From Takakia lepidozioides (taxonomy: Eukaryota; Plantae; Bryophyta), in the NCBI GenBank assembly GCA_030704615.1, contig CM060734.1:60450001-60514000 (forward strand): a stretch of 64,000 nt of DNA, in the 5' to 3' direction. The notes under the pieces were generated by a model. That model did not search any database. It was not told the DNA's origin and saw only the letters and a program-made list of their open reading frames with translations. The position numbers and the translations under genes were made by a program. Positions 61,295-64,000 of this stretch are shown here, piece after piece; position 1 is the first letter of the stretch; every line of letters begins with the position of its first letter.

Positions 61295-64000
61295 TTAATT
61301 GCTGGGTAGCTCTGGATGCAGTTTGTCATGTACCACAAAATTGTGGACCCGGTTGCCGATCTCCATGTAGCAGGAACCTGGTTGCTTTCGGACACCTCTG
61401 ATTTTCATCATTGTTCTTACCTTTGCAGTATCATCCCACTTGCCATCTGCGGCATAGATATTTGATAGCAGCACATTAGTAGTAGCATCATGTCGATCCC
61501 GTCTTAGAATAAATTTTGCCGCTCGTTCTGCCACCTCCACATTGCCATGAATTCTGCAGGCACCAAGCAAGGCTTTCCACACCACCACATTTGGTTGGAC
61601 TGGCATTTCGTTATTGAAGTCCTTAGCCTCAGATTTAGGGGTTTTCATCGATTTCCAAACTTCGTGCTCATACTTTTGCCCACTACATCGGTGTAACAAT
61701 AACTTGATTGTTACCAGAATGCTCTCATGTTCCATAGAATATAGCCAGTGATGAACAATCTGACTGCTAAGTAATACCAATGTCTTTAGCAACATGGGCC
61801 GCAAGGCTACAAAAAACAATGTCTTTGAGTATGTTGCTTTCTCCTTTAGCAACATTAGCACCTCTCCTTGAAGATGAGTTTGATCTCTCATTCTTGCTGT
61901 TTTTGGGGGGCAACATTAGACCAGTGTCTGCACTGCTGAGTATTAATTATAAAGTTATGCCTAGATTATTCTCCACTATTCCACCCACAACATGATCGTG
62001 CTCTAGGGAGAAATGAAGGCATGTTGTCTCAAGGCCGTACACCAACTCGGCTTGAGTACACCACAGTCAATCCTCGTCCAGCAATGGTTGTTTGCAGACG
62101 TTTGTAAAAATAAGGACCTGAAGATTCATGGAACATCAATACAGCTCCATAGGTATATCGACGTACAAAACCTCTATTTCTCTTGTTGCAACATGCATCT
62201 CACAGCTCACTTGAACCCTAATAGGCAAACCATACATTTACTATTGTACCTCATGTGGCACGAACACGAGGGTGTCCTCAGGTTTGAGTAGTGTATTAAG
62301 CTCATCTTTGACAGGTCCAATCAGTTCTCGGTATAACTTCTCGAGCACTGTCCTCATAGCCTTCTCATCCTGCGAGTTGGAAACAATTAGGGTAGGATAT
62401 ATAGCATTGTTTGACTTTGACCATCAGGCCAAGAATATCTTTGACAATACTGAACAGTTCAGAAACAATGAGGAAGAACTAGCCATCTCTGACATCAAGC
62501 TCTTGATTAACTTTAAATAAAAGTTACATCATCAATAATCTGGTGTCTTTTTCGCCTCTCCTGGGCTTCGACAGCCAGTCTTTGAATCTTTGCAACCAGA
62601 CCAGGGATCCAAGGATTGTAGTACTTCATCCTGGTTCCATAGGGATTTATTGCAAAAAGAAGCTTGTGCACTGCTGCCGCTTCCAATGTTTCAGCCCTGC
62701 ACAGCCAATAAGGTCCACCATGCAGCCGAAGTGCTCCACTATAAAATTGAGGCCATGATCTCGACTCAGAGAATCGAAGTAGTGTCTGCCTTCATCCACT
62801 AGGCCCCCATGGCTACATGCTTGTAGAACACTTAAAAAGATGATACCATTTAGCTTGAAGCCTTCCTTTTGCATACCTTCAAATAGTTGTGCAGGGCTTC
62901 CCTACGACAACCATGTTGGGCATATCCTGCAATCATTGTACTCCATGAAACCACATTTCGTTTAGCCATTTTGTCAAACACTCCCTTTGCATCCTTGACA
63001 CTCCCGCATTTAGCATACATGTCCATAAGGACAGTGTCCAGAATGACACCTGGTACAATTCCAACATTCATGATGTCAGCATGGACTTCTTTGCCCTTTC
63101 CGAGAGCTGCCAGGCAGGCACAAACATTGCAAGAAAAAACAAGTGTGACATGGTCAGGCTTCGCCCCTTCCCAAATCATTTGCTCATAGGTCCCCAAAGT
63201 CTCCTCCAGCACCCATGCTGGGCATATCATGTGATCATCGCATTCCAGGACACCAAATTTTGTTCAGCCATAGTGTCATTTGAACACTCCTTTTGCATCT
63301 TCGATGCTCCCACATTTCACATACATGGCCACAAGGGTACTGTTCAGAATGGTATCTGATACAATTCCAGTTCTCAAGATGTCAGCATGGACCTCTTTGC
63401 CTTTTTCCAGGGCTACCAAGCTCGCACACACATTGCAAATGCAACCAAACGTGACTTGGTTGGGCTTCACCCCTTCCCGCATCATCTGCTTATAGGTCTC
63501 CAAAGCCTCCATCCCAAACCCAGGTTGGACATATCCTGCGATCATCACACTAAATGACACCACATTTTGTTCAGCCATTTTGTCAAAAACTCCCTTTGCA
63601 TCTTTGATGCTCCCACATTTGGCATACATGTCTACCAGGGCAGTATCCAGAATGACACCTGGTAGAATTCCAGCTTTCATGATGTCAGCATGGACCTATT
63701 TGCCTTTTTCAGGTTGCCAGGCTCGCACACGCATCGCGAATGCAATGAACGTGACCTGGTTGGGCTTCACTCCTTCCCGCATCATTTGCTCATAGGTCTC
63801 CAAAGCCTCCATCCCACACTCATGCTGCGCATATCCTGCAATCCTAGCACTCCATGACACACATTTTGTTCACTGTTGAACACTCCCTTTGCATCTTGGA
63901 TGCTCCCACATTTAGCATACATGTTCATCAGTGGCAGTGTTCAGAACGACATCTGGTACATTCCAGCTTTGATGATGTCACCATGGACCTCTTTGCCCTT
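61295..64000 (-). pseudogene. PPR pseudogene, duplicated copy (partial)
   Basis: Same fragments and the same insertion as 16310-19360. Confidence 0.9.

Larger units (their letters stand above)
55662..64000 (+). repeat. Segmental duplication, copy 2 (runs off the window)
   Basis: Near-identical to 10684-19008, with an offset of ~44,980 bp. Confidence 0.98.

Overview
Eukaryotic nuclear DNA from a land plant, probably a bryophyte (inferred from the PPR style). It has spliceosomal introns and is rich in transposons. Host genes: a multi-exon TPR/coiled-coil/HMA gene (minus, ~3.6-9.7 kb); an intact PLS-E-DYW RNA-editing ORF (22.1-25.4 kb) joined in frame to tandem OSB-type PDF ssDNA-binding exons; a head-to-head PPR pseudogene; a frameshifted intronless MAPKKK; and a divergent SmF-like gene. 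The most unusual feature is at 38.4-55.7 kb, where an ~11 kb Mutator-like element (DDE + SWIM) is nested among remnants of related elements. Head-to-head with its transposase it carries an intron-containing gene with a ParB/Srx-like domain (DGNHR) and a beta-class amino-DNA-methyltransferase-like domain. The introns of that gene hold arrays of a ~26-bp palindrome. A second, diverged element repeats the transposase/ParB layout but has a different 16-bp palindrome array. The window also contains a >8.3 kb direct segmental duplication (10.7-19.0 kb copied at 55.7-64.0 kb), CACTA, hAT and Tc1-mariner non-autonomous elements with intact TSDs, and tRNA-derived SINEs. All calls come from reading the sequence by eye; no database searches were run.
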